Source of the DNA: the human T2T-CHM13v2.0 reference genome, Homo sapiens
Assembly (NCBI RefSeq): GCF_009914755.1
Contig: NC_060935.1
Length of the DNA stretch: 64,000 nucleotides
Direction: 5' to 3' (one strand)
The notes below the pieces were generated by a model. That model was not told where the DNA came from. It saw only the letters and a list, made by a program, of their open reading frames with translations, and did not search any database. Both the position numbers and the translations under genes were made by a program. Shown here in pieces: positions 27,661-42,430 of the stretch. Every line of letters begins with the position of its first letter. The first letter of the stretch is position 1.

Positions 27661-28609
27661 TCACAACACAGATTCCTTGGGAAAAAGGATTTTTTTAATG
27701 GCCCTACGGATCTGCTTGGTTTTCACACTATAAATAATAGGATTCATCACTGGTGGAATAAGCAAATATGCATTGGCCATAAGAGTGTGGGCATAAGGAG
27801 GCGCTCTTTTCCCAAACCTATGGACAAAGCACAAACTAATGAGAGGGATGTAGAAAATGGCAACAGCACCTATGTAGGAGATACAAGTGCTAAAGACCTT
27901 ATGCCGCTCCTCTGGGGAAGCAATGCTTAGGACGGTCTTAATAATCAGGATATAGGAGAGAAGAATAAAGATGGAGTCCACTCCTGCAGTAACTATGAGG
28001 GCAGTGAGTCCTAAAACACTGTTGATCTTATTGTCAGAACATGACAGCTGGATGATATCAGGATGGAAACAGTAGGAATGATGGAGCACATGACTTTGGC
28101 AGAAGGACATGTTTAAGAAGTAGGGCCAGAGGCAATAGGATCACGGTCCCCCTGACAAGGATGGCAAACCATACTTTGACGATCCTGGAATCAGTCAAGA
28201 TGGTAGTATACCTCGGGGGGTTACAAATGGCAATGAAGCGATCAAAGGCCATTGCCAGAAGCACTGAGGACTCCATGACAGTAAAAAGTTGAATGAAGAA
28301 CGTCTGGGCAACACAGGCGTGGAAACTGATCTGTCTTGCATTGAACCAGAATATGCCCAGCATAGTGACTAGTGTCGAAACACACAAGCCCAGGTCAGTG
28401 GTTGAGAGCATAGAGAGGAAATAGTACATAGGTTCGTGGAGACTGGACTCAGTGATGATGACAAATAGAATGACACCATTTCCAGAGAGAGCAGTTATGT
28501 AGAGACAGCAGAAGGGGATGGAGATCCAGGCATGAGCAACTTCTAGTCCTGGAACTCCAGTCAGGAAAAAGATCAGAGAAGAGGAAGTGATGTTAAGAAA
28601 AGATGACAT
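27661..28609 (-). pseudogene. OR51F3P: OR51 family olfactory receptor pseudogene with a single 2-bp frameshift at ~28111
   Basis: ATG at 28609 (MSSFLNITS). The N-terminal half (ORF 28058-28672) and C-terminal half (ORF 27661-28110) join at AAA C-- ATG TCC. Total length 949 = 951 - 2. Symbol from recalled gene order. Confidence 0.87.
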
Positions 28610-28828
28610 GATTACTATGGAAGAATAATTCTGTTGCAATAAATGTCCTAGAATGAGAAATGATAAAACCATTCATCAGTTTTGTTATGATTTCTAATAA
28701 CTGTAGTCAGATAAATCAAATTGGAGATTATTTTTAGGATTTTAACGTCTCCTTTCTACTTCCCAGTTTTGATATTTTTTTCCCTGCTGAGTTGAACTTC
28801 CTCTTCATGATTCTTGTTTCCTGATTCA

Positions 28829-29229
<401 letters not shown>

Positions 29230-29391
29230 TCAGTTTCTCCGTTCCTTTGTACTGTCCACACAAAGAGATCCAAAGTAAATTGAAAATACCGTAAGTTAAT
29301 TGGGGAATTCAAAGTGGTATTCATTTTTAAAAGTAAAATTTATTATTTAAGAAAAATATACATGTATGTGAATATTTGTTTAAAAACTCTA

Positions 29392-29600
29392 CTGCATGGT
29401 GCAATCATGGCTCACTGCTTTCTCAAACTCCTCTTGTCTCAGTTTCCTGAGTGGCTAGGACTACAGGCTCTAGTCACCATGCCCCACTATTTTTCGTTTG
29501 TTTGCTTTTTGTGGAGACTCAAACTCTTGGCCTCAAGTGATGCTCTTGCCTCAGCCTTTCAAGCAGTAGGACTACAGGTGTAAGCCACTAAGCCTGGCTG
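29392..29600 (-). mobile_element. Degraded AluJ fragment
   Basis: ggtgcaatcatggctcactgc ... ctcaaactcttggcctcaagtgat ... taagccact. Confidence 0.75.
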
Positions 29601-31862
29601 GGTTTTTTTTAAAACAAGAATTCCACTGATGGCCCACAGGAAAAAAATTCAGCTCCTGCTTTGGTATCTGTCCAAGGAGCATTCATGTTTGCCACCTTTC
29701 CTTCTTACCTCTCTTGCTGCCTCCCTTCCTGTGTCTGCTTCTGCAATTTGCTTTCTTTGCAAAGAAAGAAAATCAAGACAAATGAAGACAGGAGAGCCGG
29801 GCAGTTTTGTGCAGATGTGGGCATTAGAGGCTAGCCTGAGGAGGCAGGAGGACATGAAGCACCTTATTTTGCTTCTCATTCATAATGTGGTTTTGCAGAT
29901 TCTTACTGGTTAAGACTGCCACCGTGAGAAAATATCTCATCAACCAGAAAAGTGAAGTTCTATCAGCTTAAGGGGTGTTTTCATCTGATGTTTAAATTTG
30001 TCCATCTACAGGGCCTTGTGATAAAGAAAAAAACTTCCAGATTTTATGAGCAGTTCTTGTCTCAGTAGTCAGAATTCTGCCACTAGGATTGTTTTGAAAC
30101 AGTAATATATGTAAAAAAGAATTTGGCTTTTACCTCATCTAATTATGGAATTGTCAGCCTTTGGTCAATAATTACAGAAATAAATAGCCTTTTGTCCTGG
30201 GAATAAGTTATAATCAGTATTCATCTCTTCATTTTTTGTCACTTTTTTCTCTAATTATGTCATTTGAATTTTTGAAAGCGTTCCTTCTATAAAATTAAAC
30301 TAACCTGCCTTAAGAAAAAAAAACCTCTATGATCATGGAACTTTATCATACATTATATATATGTAGCCTTTTAAGGAAATAATTTTATATAAAGAAATAA
30401 TTCTATACAAGTCAAAATAGCCCATTTGCTATTGCTTGGTCAATGGATTTAACCCGTACCTTGCTAGAGTTTTTTCTAGTCTAGGTTTACACTTCTGATC
30501 TTGTTTCTTGATTTTCTTATCTGTTGTCACTATAGCTGAGTTGATATATAACTGTTGAAGAAAATTATCTGTCACACCACCTTTAGCAATTAGTCTTTTA
30601 AAAGCCAACTGTATTAAGCTTCAGGGATAGGAGTGAACTAGATACACAGAGGCCTGATATAAGACACTTCCCTTTCTAGCCCAATATTGTTGCAATTATT
30701 GCCACCCTTTGCTTACATACAAAACTCAGGACAGTAGGCTTTCAAAGTCTATCTTCATCAAGGTAAATAACACTTGAGCTTTTAACTCCACCGGGAAGTG
30801 GCATCTGAAATGAGTCTTATTGCCATGCAGGTGAGGTCCTAGGTGAGTTTTCTTCTCTTTCCTTTCTTCTTTTCCATGTTGACTTTATTCTTGTCATCTG
30901 GGACTCTTAGGTACTGGAAAATCTTGCTAAGACCCTCACTAAGCCAATCTGGTAGTGCTTTGAATATTAATGTTTTGTTCTTCTTGACCTCAAGAAGATG
31001 GGGCAATTTTCTCTAGACCTAGGCATTGGCTAGAATCCCACTGGTCATTCATGGACATTCAGAACTATGATGACTCCAACCACTTGATATGGAGAATATA
31101 CTCATGCAGCTGTGTTATAGCCACACAATTTTACCTCCTTCACTAGTGAAATATTCTAGCTCCAAATCTTACTTTATGATACCTCTTAGGACTGCATGTT
31201 GTATTGTTGACTACTTTTTTTTTTATCTCTATCTACTATTGCTGTCCAGTCTCAGCTTTTACTCCTGCTCTTATAGGCCACTGAGAAGCTGGCATATTTT
31301 TCATCTAAGGCTGCTCAGTTTTGAATCAGCCACAAAATAGCCATATGTCTTTGGTCTTGCCATTTAATGTTAATAGTAAGAAGGGTTGACTTAGATAATC
31401 TCCATTTTTTTATTCAATGTAATTGCAGTTAAAAATGTCACAACAATAAGCTTGTGGGCATTATTTAATATCCTAAATATATGAAATATTATGGCAAAGG
31501 TCTCATATAGAAAATTTCAGGTATGGATTATAGTGAGTATGGAATAGCCACTTTGCTGATTATGAAGTGATTCTTGTTCCATTAACTGCATATTTGACGG
31601 AAGAGTATATTAACTAAAATAAAATCAGTTTATCATTCAGTTTCCTGACATCATTCCAAAATTAATATAAAAAATAAAAATAAGATCCTTATTCATCAGA
31701 TAATTTTAGAAGAACATTTTAACAGTTATACATATTAGAAGAATAAAGTTACAATAAAAAATAATGCACTTATGGCTAGAACCATCAATAGAAATTTAAA
31801 CTCATTTAATTTAAATAAAATAAATGACCAAGAAAGTTAATATTAAAAAACGGTGGTCATAG

Positions 31863-32209
<347 letters not shown>

Positions 32210-32450
32210 CTATATTTTGGCTTTGGACATCTCCTCCAAGACAACCTGGAACATTGAATTTAAATATCTTAATTCATACCATTTTAGAGTCATGTAGAGT
32301 CCTAGAATTTTATAACTGGAAAGTACCTTAGAGACATTTTAGTCCCTTCCACAGAATGACATTAATTTTATTACATGATATTCCAGTGGCCTAAAAGCAT
32401 TGATTTTATTGGTCTTGTTCTTGCCAAGATGTATTGAAAGGACAATATTA

Positions 32451-33330
32451 GCTTTTGTTGCAATTGCTTTTGGCGTTTTCATCATGAAGTCTTTGCTTAT
32501 GCCTGTCCTGAATGGTATTGCCTAGGTTTTCTTCTAGGGATTTTATGGCTTTGGGTTTTATATTTAAGTCTTTAATTCATCCCGAGTTAATTTTTGTATA
32601 AGGTGTAAGGAAAGGGTCCAGTTTCAGTTTTCTGCATATGGCTAGCCAGTTTTCCCAGCACCATTTGTTGATTAGGAGATTCTTTTCCCATTGCTTGTTT
32701 TTGTCAGTTTTGTGAAAGAGCAAATAGATGTAGATGTGTGGTGTTATTTCTGAGGTCTCAAAGATCTAGATCCAGCAATATCATTTGACCCAGCAATCCC
32801 ATGACTGGGTTATACCTAAAGGAATATAAATCATTCTACTATAAAGACACATGCACATGTATGTTTATTGCAGCACTGTTTACAATAGCAAAGTCATGTA
32901 ACCAACCCAAATGCCCATCAGTGATATACTGGGTAAAGAAAATATGGTACATATACCATGCATACTATGCAGTCAATAAAAGGAATGAGATCATGTCCTT
33001 TGCAGGGACATGGATGAAGCTGGAAGCCATCATCCTCAGCACACTACTACAGGAACAGAAAACCAAACACCACATGTTCTCGCTCATAAGTGGGAGTTGA
33101 ACAATGAGAACACATGGACACAGGGAGGGGAACAACACACATGAGGCCTGTTGGGGGTGGGTGGGGGAGGGGAGGGAACTTAGAGGATAGGTCAATAGGT
33201 GAAGCAAACCACCATAGCACACGTATTCCTATGTGACAAACCGGCACATTCTGCACATGTATCCTGGAACTTAAAGTAAAATAGAAATTAAAACAACAAC
33301 AACAACAACAAACCAAAAACAACAAGAAAA
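32451..33330 (+). mobile_element. 5'-truncated, 5'-inverted L1PA element
   Basis: 32451-32759 is antisense L1 ORF2. 32757-33330 is the sense ORF2 C-terminus (YYKDTCTCMFIAALFTIAK), 3'UTR and A-rich tail. Confidence 0.87.
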
Positions 33331-33954
33331 AGAAATTACAATAATGGGTGCATAAAGAAAAAAGGGACGCTTGGAAGTTACAAAATGTATAATCAGCCAG
33401 AAAAAGAGAAGGCTAAGAACAAACATATGGCTATGTTCAAATGGTTGAATGTTGCTTTACTGGAAAGTAATTACATTTGATCTGTGCGCCATACAGAGGA
33501 CAAAACTAGAGCCAGCAAGAGGGAGACTGTGAGATAGTACTTCTAAGAAACCCTGCTCTAACGCACAGCATGAGCCAGAAATGGAGCAGTGGTGAGTTTC
33601 CAATGCTATGTGACAAAACAGTCACTTTAATCCAAGCACAAATACTGAAAATCAGACAGATACATTCAGTAATTCAGCAAATATGTACTGTACATCTACT
33701 GTGGACAAGGCATAGGAAATTAAATGTTAATCACAACAAAGTCCCTGACCTCATCATGAGTAGTTGACTAGAGGACAAAGACAAGTATAGTGGAATTATA
33801 GTGTGGATAGTAAATTTGGAATGCTACGACAGCACATAAAGAGGGAAACAAGCTCCTTTTGCGGAATAAGGAATGGTTTCCAGCAAATAATGGTGTCTAG
33901 ACTGAGACCTAAGTTCCAAGTATAGTTGGAAAAACGTGGGCATGAGGGGAGGGG

Positions 33955-34169
33955 TATGATGGTTAATTTCATGTGTCAACTTGACTGGGTCGCCGGATGC
34001 CTAGATATATGATTAAACATTATTTCTGGGTATGTCTGGGAAGGTTTTTCCAGAAGAGATTAGCATTTGAATTGGTGGACTGAGTAAAGCAGATGGCCTT
34101 CCTCAATTTTTATATATATATATGAAATTCAGTTGGTTCTCTTTTCTTGGAGAATCTTGGGTAATATAG
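33955..34169 (+). mobile_element. MLT2 (ERVL) LTR, internally deleted
   Basis: MLT2 5' end tatgatggttaatttcatgtgtcaacttgactggg...gagattagcatttgaattggtggactgagtaaagcagatgg, a (TA)n run, and the 3' end ggttctcttttcttggagaatc. Confidence 0.8.
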
Positions 34170-35315
34170 TTTGAAAGAAGAGGAGGTGTTTGATATTTAA
34201 TAGTAACAAAAACTTTGGAACCAAAGGGCTAACTTAGAATATTGCCGATGCTCTTTATTCATTGGTAAATTGGAGATGATAATAGTTATAACTACTTTGC
34301 AAGGTAGTTGAAACCTACCATTGATAGAATCCTACAATGTGTCAGGCCTGGTACTATGTGGTTTATGTGAATTATTTCATTGAATTTAAAATTCATATAC
34401 TTATAAGATTACAGGGTATTAGCCATGCAAGATAAAAAATTAGAGAGGTTAAATAATTTGCACTCTTTCATCTATTGAAAAAGCTGGATTTTAATTCCAT
34501 CCGTGTAAATTTAAAATTTGTTAAAAGCTCCATTATGCTACACATCAATGCTTTTCTATGGTGGTGAAAATTAGTGGAATAATTAATTTTTATTAATAAT
34601 TTTAATAAAAAATAAACTATAGTGTTACACATGTATGTGAATTATTAAAAAGGCAAGTGTTTATGTGATTTTCTTTTCCCTCAACAGCTGTATACTGTCA
34701 CTGTCCCCTGGCTCTTCATAGTCATATAAATGCACAGGCATCAGGTTTTCAAACACTTGACACTTGATAGGCTTATTTTTCTCTTCCTGATGTTTGTTAC
34801 TCTATTTAAAACTCATTTTCTTGTCAATATTCAGGAGAATTGAAAAGCAATTATTTCCTTATGTGCTAAATTATGAAGACTATTGGTAAAATTGATTAGT
34901 TTCTATTATATAATAGGGGCTGTTAGTATTAAGGATTTGAGCTATGGATACTTAGATTAGCTTTGCTCATTTTCATAGACACTGCTAACATATGTAACCT
35001 AAGTTAACTGACATGTCCATCTTTTCCTTATCAGCCTGGCATGAATGTCCTAATCTCTTTAGGGAAATTAATGTCTATTATTACAAATGATACAATACCA
35101 TTCCCACTACTAGAGAAATAATTAAAAACTTAAACCCTATTAATGATAAATCACTGTAATATTTGGACAAATTACTTCTTTTTGAGACTCAGCACTGCAC
35201 TTCCAGGCATATGACCCCAGATTTCCCATATTGTTTGATTCTGCTTAAATAATCACATTATTTTAACAACAGAATTATACGTTAATGAGTCAAATTCAAT
35301 TTTTGGACTACTCGG

Positions 35316-35606
35316 GTTTGTTTGTTTTTTGAAACAGGGTCTCACAGTGTCATCTAGGCTGGAGTGTATTGGCACGATCATAGCTCACTGCAGCCTTGAC
35401 CTCCTGGGCTCAAGTGATACTCCCGCCTCAACCTCCTGAGCAGGTAGGATCACAGACTCACTCTACCTTACCACCTAATTTGTTTTTGTATTTTTTTTAG
35501 AGATAATGTGTTGCCCAGGCTGGTCTGAAACTCCTGGACTCAAGTGATCCTCCTGCCTTGGCCTCCAAAATGCTGGGATTAAAAGTGTGAGCCACCGTGC
35601 CTAGCA
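35316..35606 (-). mobile_element. AluJ
   Basis: gaaacagggtctcac ... gatcatagctcactgcagcc ... gtgagccaccgtgcctagc; flanks ggacta(c/t)tc. Confidence 0.9.
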
Positions 35607-36254
35607 GGACTATTCTTACTCCCCATGTCTATTTCTACTCTTCAGGGATACTATAATTTAAATATTTTATCTTAGAAATCTCAACTAGGTTTCACACTGA
35701 CCGTATTTCCTTGATTTTTTTCCAGAATTTTATTGTTTATGGACATTTTCAGAATGAAGGTTCAGCACATTAGAAAGAATCTCTAGTTTTTTAAAAAATT
35801 TAAGCTGCCTTAAATAATAAAATACTAGGACATTTCCTATTGTAAATTCTTAATTCAAAGGCAATTCAACAGCATTTTGTGTTTTTATGTCTGCTACAAT
35901 TTTCTTTTAGAAATATATTCTCTTTTAAAGACAATTCTCTTCCTGCAAAATGAGTCAACATAAATCGTCTAACGTTAATGCATGACCATTGTCTCTTGGA
36001 TGCCCCTGTACTTACATTCAGTGAAGAGGATGAGGAAGAGGCAGGGCTCTGAGGTCCAATTCAGCTCCCAGAATAGAGGATATTTATGAGGAACTCAGCC
36101 CTATGAGGATCATTTACCTCGCCCCACAAAAAAACTTATTCTTAAGGGATCTTTCTGATAAATTGTATTTGCTTGTTTTGCCTTTGTGCTTTGGAGTCAT
36201 TCTGCATGCCCAAATCTACTTATTCTCCCGTGTGGTTTCTTTTCTTCTTTAAAA

Positions 36255-36520
36255 AAATTTTATTAGATTTATTAAGGGACAATTGCTAAAAATTATATAT
36301 ATGTGCAGTGTAGAGTGTGATGTTTTGATATACATATACATTGTGAAATGATTATCACAATGAAGGTTATTAACCTATCTATGACCTTCCATAATCACCT
36401 CTTCTTCTTTATATTTTGTGATAAGAAGATTTAATATGCAGTCTCTTATCAAAGACAGTATGCAATACAATATAATTAATATAGTCTCCATGCTATACAT
36501 CAGATCTCCAGAATTTATTA
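36255..36520 (-). mobile_element. L1MA 3' end fragment
   Basis: gtgtgatgttttgatatacatatacattgtgaaatgatta ... ccatgctatacatcagatctccaga. Confidence 0.7.
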
Positions 36521-36814
36521 TACATAGTTTCATGTATTGCAATTACTGAGATGTTTCTTTTTTGACTTGCTATGACTTATTAAAATTCGATGTTATGAAA
36601 ATTATAAATTTTGACTAATATAAAAAGTGTACACATATAGTTTTCTTACCTCCTTTGGGAAGGAAACCACTGAAGCCACTTGATATTCTTGGTTTCACAC
36701 CCGGTTGTTCCACCAAAATAAATATTTTTCTTCCCCACAGACAAAGATCAAAACGAATATGTTTTAGATTTGGAATAATAAACAACAAAGAAATATACGG
36801 TTGCATTTGTAGCT

Positions 36815-37530
36815 CAGTGGCTTCCCAGACTGGCTGAGTATCAGGTATACTTTGGAAATCTTACTATAAATACAAATTCTCAGGCCTCATCCCAGAACTA
36901 GTAAAACAAAATATTCAGATGCTAGGGCCCAGAATCCTGCATTTTAATAGACTTTGTTAGATAAGTTTTAGGTTCACAGCAAAATTTAGCAGAAAGTACA
37001 GAATTCCCATATATGCCTCCCAGCGCCACATGCACATCCTACCCCTCCATAATATCTCCCAGTGGAGTGGTACATTTGTACGTTCGTCACTATCTATGAG
37101 GCAACATTGACAAGAAATTATCACCACTAATCCAGTTTAAATTATGGTTTACTGTTGGTGTTGTATGTTCTATGGATTTGATGCATGTGTAATGATACAT
37201 ACCTTCCATTGTAGTGTCATGCAGAATAGTTCCATTGCCCTAAAAAGTCCTCTGTGCTCTGTCTATTCTCCTATATCTCCCTCCCCACTCCTGGAAACCA
37301 TTGATTTTTATAATATCTCCAAAGTTTTGCCTTTTCCAGGATGTCATATAGTTGGAGTTATACAGTATACAGTCCTTTCAAAATGTTTTTCCACCTAGTA
37401 GTAAGTATTTAAGTTTCTTTAATGTCTTTTCATGGCTTGATAGCTAATTTTAATGCCGAATAATATTCCCTGGTAGAGATGTATCAGGAATCCAAATTTT
37501 TAACAAGATCCTCAAGCAATAATTATGTGT
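36815..37530. mobile_element. MER5-like element (36815-36945 and 37488-37530) split by an antisense L1M 3'UTR fragment (36946-37487)
   Basis: MER5 core aaatacaaattctcaggcctcatcccag...gaatcctgcattttaa resumes as ttttaacaagatcctcaag after the L1 segment ttttaggttcacagcaaaattt...taatattccctgg. Confidence 0.6.
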
Positions 37531-38062
37531 TTGGCCTTGTACTATAGTTGTTATGTATTCAGACTATGGATTAACCTTTGGAAAACACTTCATAGACAAG
37601 TGATGCCATTATCAAAATTTGAATGCCAATTAAAATTTTCATAGTCAATCTTATGTTCCCATTGACTTGCATTATCATTTCGAGTATTTTCTCACATTAT
37701 TAATTCTCACTTTTAGTGATTTCTATCATTTTAGTGTTCTTTCTTCCTATTTCTATGTCAAGTAGTTTTTGATTTTATACCATGGTTGCAGTAAAGTAGA
37801 ATTACTGGTTAAAGTTCTTGTAATAGGAATTATCCAATAGTTGTGTTCTTTATTGAGATTTCTTGAAAGAAGGTAAATCTATATAGTAAATATTTTTTAA
37901 ATTATATCTTTGCAAATTATATTCCTCACTAGGCATTAAGTATTCTTAAGGCAAGAAGCTAGTCTTGTTCATGTTTGTATTCTCAATATCCATCTCACTA
38001 CTTGATTTACAGTAGGCGCTAAATACATGCTGTTGTTAAAGATGAATAAGAATATAAATTGG

Positions 38063-38543
<481 letters not shown>

Positions 38544-39264
38544 TCATTGATCCTGGCAATAAGCTAGAGTAATTGCGGTAGGGTTCTTAGTAACTGGTTG
38601 ATGCAAGTGGACCCTGAGGAAGTAATCCTTAGATATAGCATTCTACAGCATTTCTATGTCTAAACGAAGTAGCAGTCAGAATGAGCTTACCAAATAGATA
38701 TGACAGAGGTATAGAGAATTAGCCAGTAGGGTTTGAAACCACAGAGGGCTAATAGCTGGGAAAGTGTTGAACAGAAAATATGAAGGGACAGTGAGATCCA
38801 TAGGAATTCTGGGTAATGAGCAAGTTTCTTTAGTTGGTTTTATGCAGTATTTAAATAACAGGAAAAGTGTCCTTAAGAAACTCTGTTACTATCTGAAATA
38901 CAAAGGATAAAATTTGTTTTAAATTTTATTTTTCCATATCTATGCATATAAATATAAAAAGAAAGGATAAAAATCAAAACTGTGCAATGGTTACCTCTAT
39001 AGAGAAGTCAGAAAGAGAGTGGGTTTGGGGGAATATAGCAAGGTAGATGTTGGCCTTTTCTAAAATATATTTCATTAATGAGAACTTTTTTTTGTATATT
39101 AATATTTCATTAAAAACCTTTTAAAGAGGTCTTTATGTTTTATGGAAAACAGAAGGAGGAAAAAGGTAAGATTGGAGACCTAGAGAACTCTAAGGAAACT
39201 GATTTAGGCAAAGGATTTTGATGCCTAAACTGAGACCAAAAGTGAAGATAAGATATTTTGGTGT

Positions 39265-42200
39265 TAAAATAGGCAACATAAGAAAACCTCTGGCATACAG
39301 CAAAAACAGTACTGAGAGAGAGTTTTATAGCATTAAATGCCTGCATCAAAAGAATAGAAAGATCACAAGTTAACCTAACATCATACATCAAGAAACTAGA
39401 AAAACAAGAACAAATGGAACCAAAGCTAGCAGGAGAAAATAAATTACAAAGATCTGAGCAGAACTAAATGGAATTAATACCAAAAGAACAATACAAACAA
39501 TCAACAAAATTAAAAGGTGGTTCTTTGAAAAAATAAAAAAACTGATAGACAACTAGCTAGACTAACCAACAAAAGAAGAGAGGAAATTCAAATAAGTACA
39601 CTCAGAAATGAAAAAGGAGACATTACAATTGATATCATAGAAATACAAAAGATCATCACAAACTACTATGAGCAACTCTACACTCACAAACTAGAAATCC
39701 TCAAGGAAATGAATACATTCCTGGAAATATAACCTCCAAAGACTGAACCAGAAAGAAATAGAAAACCGAACAGACTAATATCGATTAGTAAGATTGAATC
39801 AGTAATAAAAAATCTTACAAATAAGAAAAATCCAGAACCAGATGGATTAACAGCCAAATTCTACCAGACACAGAAAGAAGAGTTGGTACCAATCCAACTA
39901 AAACTGTTCCAAAAAATCAAGGAGGGGGGAATTACCCCTAACTCATTTTATGCAGACTGTATCACCAATACCAAAGCCAGGCATGTACACACATGAAAAT
40001 AAAACTACAGATAAATATCCCTGATGAATATAGATGCAAAAATTCTTAACAAAATACTAGCAAACTGAATCAAACAGCACATCAAAAAAAAAAAAAAACA
40101 CAACAATGAAGCGGGTTTTATTCCACAGATTCAAGGATGTCGCAACGTAGGCAAATCAGTAAGTATGATTCACCACATAAGCAGACTTTTTTTAAAAAAA
40201 ATATGATCACGGCAATAGTTGCAGAATAAGCAATTGATAAAATTCAGCATGAGTTCGTGAAAAAAACCCTCAAGAAACTAGGCATAGAAGGAACATACCT
40301 GAAAATGATAAAAGCCACGTATGACAAACCTGCAGCCAACATCATATTGAATGGGGAAAAGTTGAAAACATTTTCTCTAAGAACTGAAACAAGGCAAGGA
40401 TGCCTACTTTCACCACTTTTATTCAAAATAGTACTGGAAGTCCTAGTCAGAGCAATCAGGCAAGAGAAAAAATGAAATGCATCAAAATTGGAAAAGAGGA
40501 AATCAAATTATCTCTATTTGATGATGATATGATCATATACCTAGAAAATTCTAAAGACTCCACCAAAAGACTCCTAGATTTGATAAATACATTCAGTAAA
40601 GTTTCAGGATACAAAATCAACATACAAAAATCAGTAGCATTTCTAAATAACAATAGCTATCTAGCTGAGAACCAAATTAAGAACTCAACCTCATTTATTA
40701 TAGCTACAAAGAATATGTAGGAATTCATTTAATCGAGGAGGTGAAAGATCTCTTCAAGGAAAACTACAAAATGCTGAGGAAAAAAATGTAGATGATACAA
40801 ACAAATGGAAAAATATCCCATAATCATGGATCAAAAAATCAGGATTGTTAAAATGACCATACTGCCAAAGCAATCTGCAGATTCAATGTAATACCTAACA
40901 AATTACAAAAATCATTTTTTTCACAGAATTAAAAAAAAATCTAAAATTCTTATAAAAAAGGAGCCTGAATAGCCAAAAGAATCCTAAGCAAAAAGAACAA
41001 AGTTGTAGGCATCACATTACTTGACTTCAAATTGTACTACAAGGCTATAGTAAGCAAAAGAGCATAGTACTGGTATAAAAATAGACACATTGACCAATTA
41101 AACAGATTAGAGAACCCAGAAATAAAGCCACATATCTACAGCCGGCTGATCTGTGACAGTGTTGACAAAAACATACACTGGGGAAAGGACAGAAACCCTA
41201 TTAAATAAATGGTGCTGGGAAAATTGGATTGCCAATATGCAGAATGAATCTGGACACCTATCTCTCACCATATACAAAATTTAACTCAAGATGGAATAAA
41301 GACTCAAATGTAAGACCTGAATTTATAAAAACACTAGAAGAAAAGCTAGGAAAAACTTTTATGGACATTTGCCTTGGCAAGGAGTTCATGACTAAGACCT
41401 CAAAAGCAAATGCAACAGAAACAAAAATAGATAAAGGGGACTTAATTAAACTATGAAGCTTCTGCCCAGCAAAAGAAATTAATCAACAGAGTGAACAGAT
41501 AACTTGCAGAAGGGGAGAAAATATTTACCAATTGTGCATCTAACAAATGACTAATATTCAGAATCTACGAGGAATTCAAACATCTCAACAACAACCAATA
41601 ACAAATAACTATTAAAACGTGGGCAAAGGACATTAACAGACAGTTTTCTAAAGAAGACATACAAATGGCCAACAAGCTTATGAAAATTGCTCAACACCAC
41701 TAATCATCAGAGAAGTGCAGATTAAAACCACAATGGATACCTATCAGAAGGGCTATTATTAAAATGTCAAAAAATAACAGATGTTTGTGAGGATGTGGAG
41801 AAAAGAGAACATTTACACACTGTTGGTGGGAATGTAAATTACCAGTACCTCTATGGAAAACTACTTGGCTATTTCTCAAGGAACTAAAAATTGAACTACT
41901 ATTTGAGCTGGCAATTCCACTACTGAGTAGTTTCCCAAGGGAACATAAATTATTATATATTTTTAAAACCTGTATTCATGTGTTTATCACAGTACTCTTC
42001 ACAATAGTAAAATATGGAATAACTGTAAGTGTCCAACAGTGGATGACTGGATAAAGAAAACGTGGTGAGTGTATACCATGGAATCATACTCAGTCATAAA
42101 AAAGAATGAAGTGATGTTTTTTGCAGTAACATTGATGGGACTAGAGGACATTATCTTAAATGAAATAACTCAGAAACAGAAAGTAAAATACTGCATGTTC

Positions 42201-42430
42201 TCACTTATAAGTAGGGGATAAATAATGTGCACATATGGCCGTTTAGAGTGAAATAATAGACATTGGTAACTGGGAAGGGTAGGAGGGTGGAAGTGGGATA
42301 GGGGAGGAGAAATGATTTAATGGGTGTAAGGTACTCTATTTGTATGACGCCTATACTAAAAGCCCAGACTTCAGCACTATGCAATATATCCATGTAACAA
42401 AACTTTGCCCCCTAAATCTATTTTTTTTTA
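39265..42430 (+). mobile_element. 5'-truncated L1PB-like LINE (~3.2 kb; decayed ORF2 and 3'UTR)
   Basis: ORF fragments [49 protein letters not shown] (RT FADD motif decayed) and [12 protein letters not shown]; L1PB-type 3'UTR aaaagcccagacttcagcactatgcaatatatccatgtaacaaaact. Confidence 0.9.

Noticed and set aside
40257-41456. Reverse-transcriptase-like ORF fragments
   Set aside because: They are decayed L1 ORF2 with many stops and frameshifts and a mutated catalytic motif; not an active or novel RT system.
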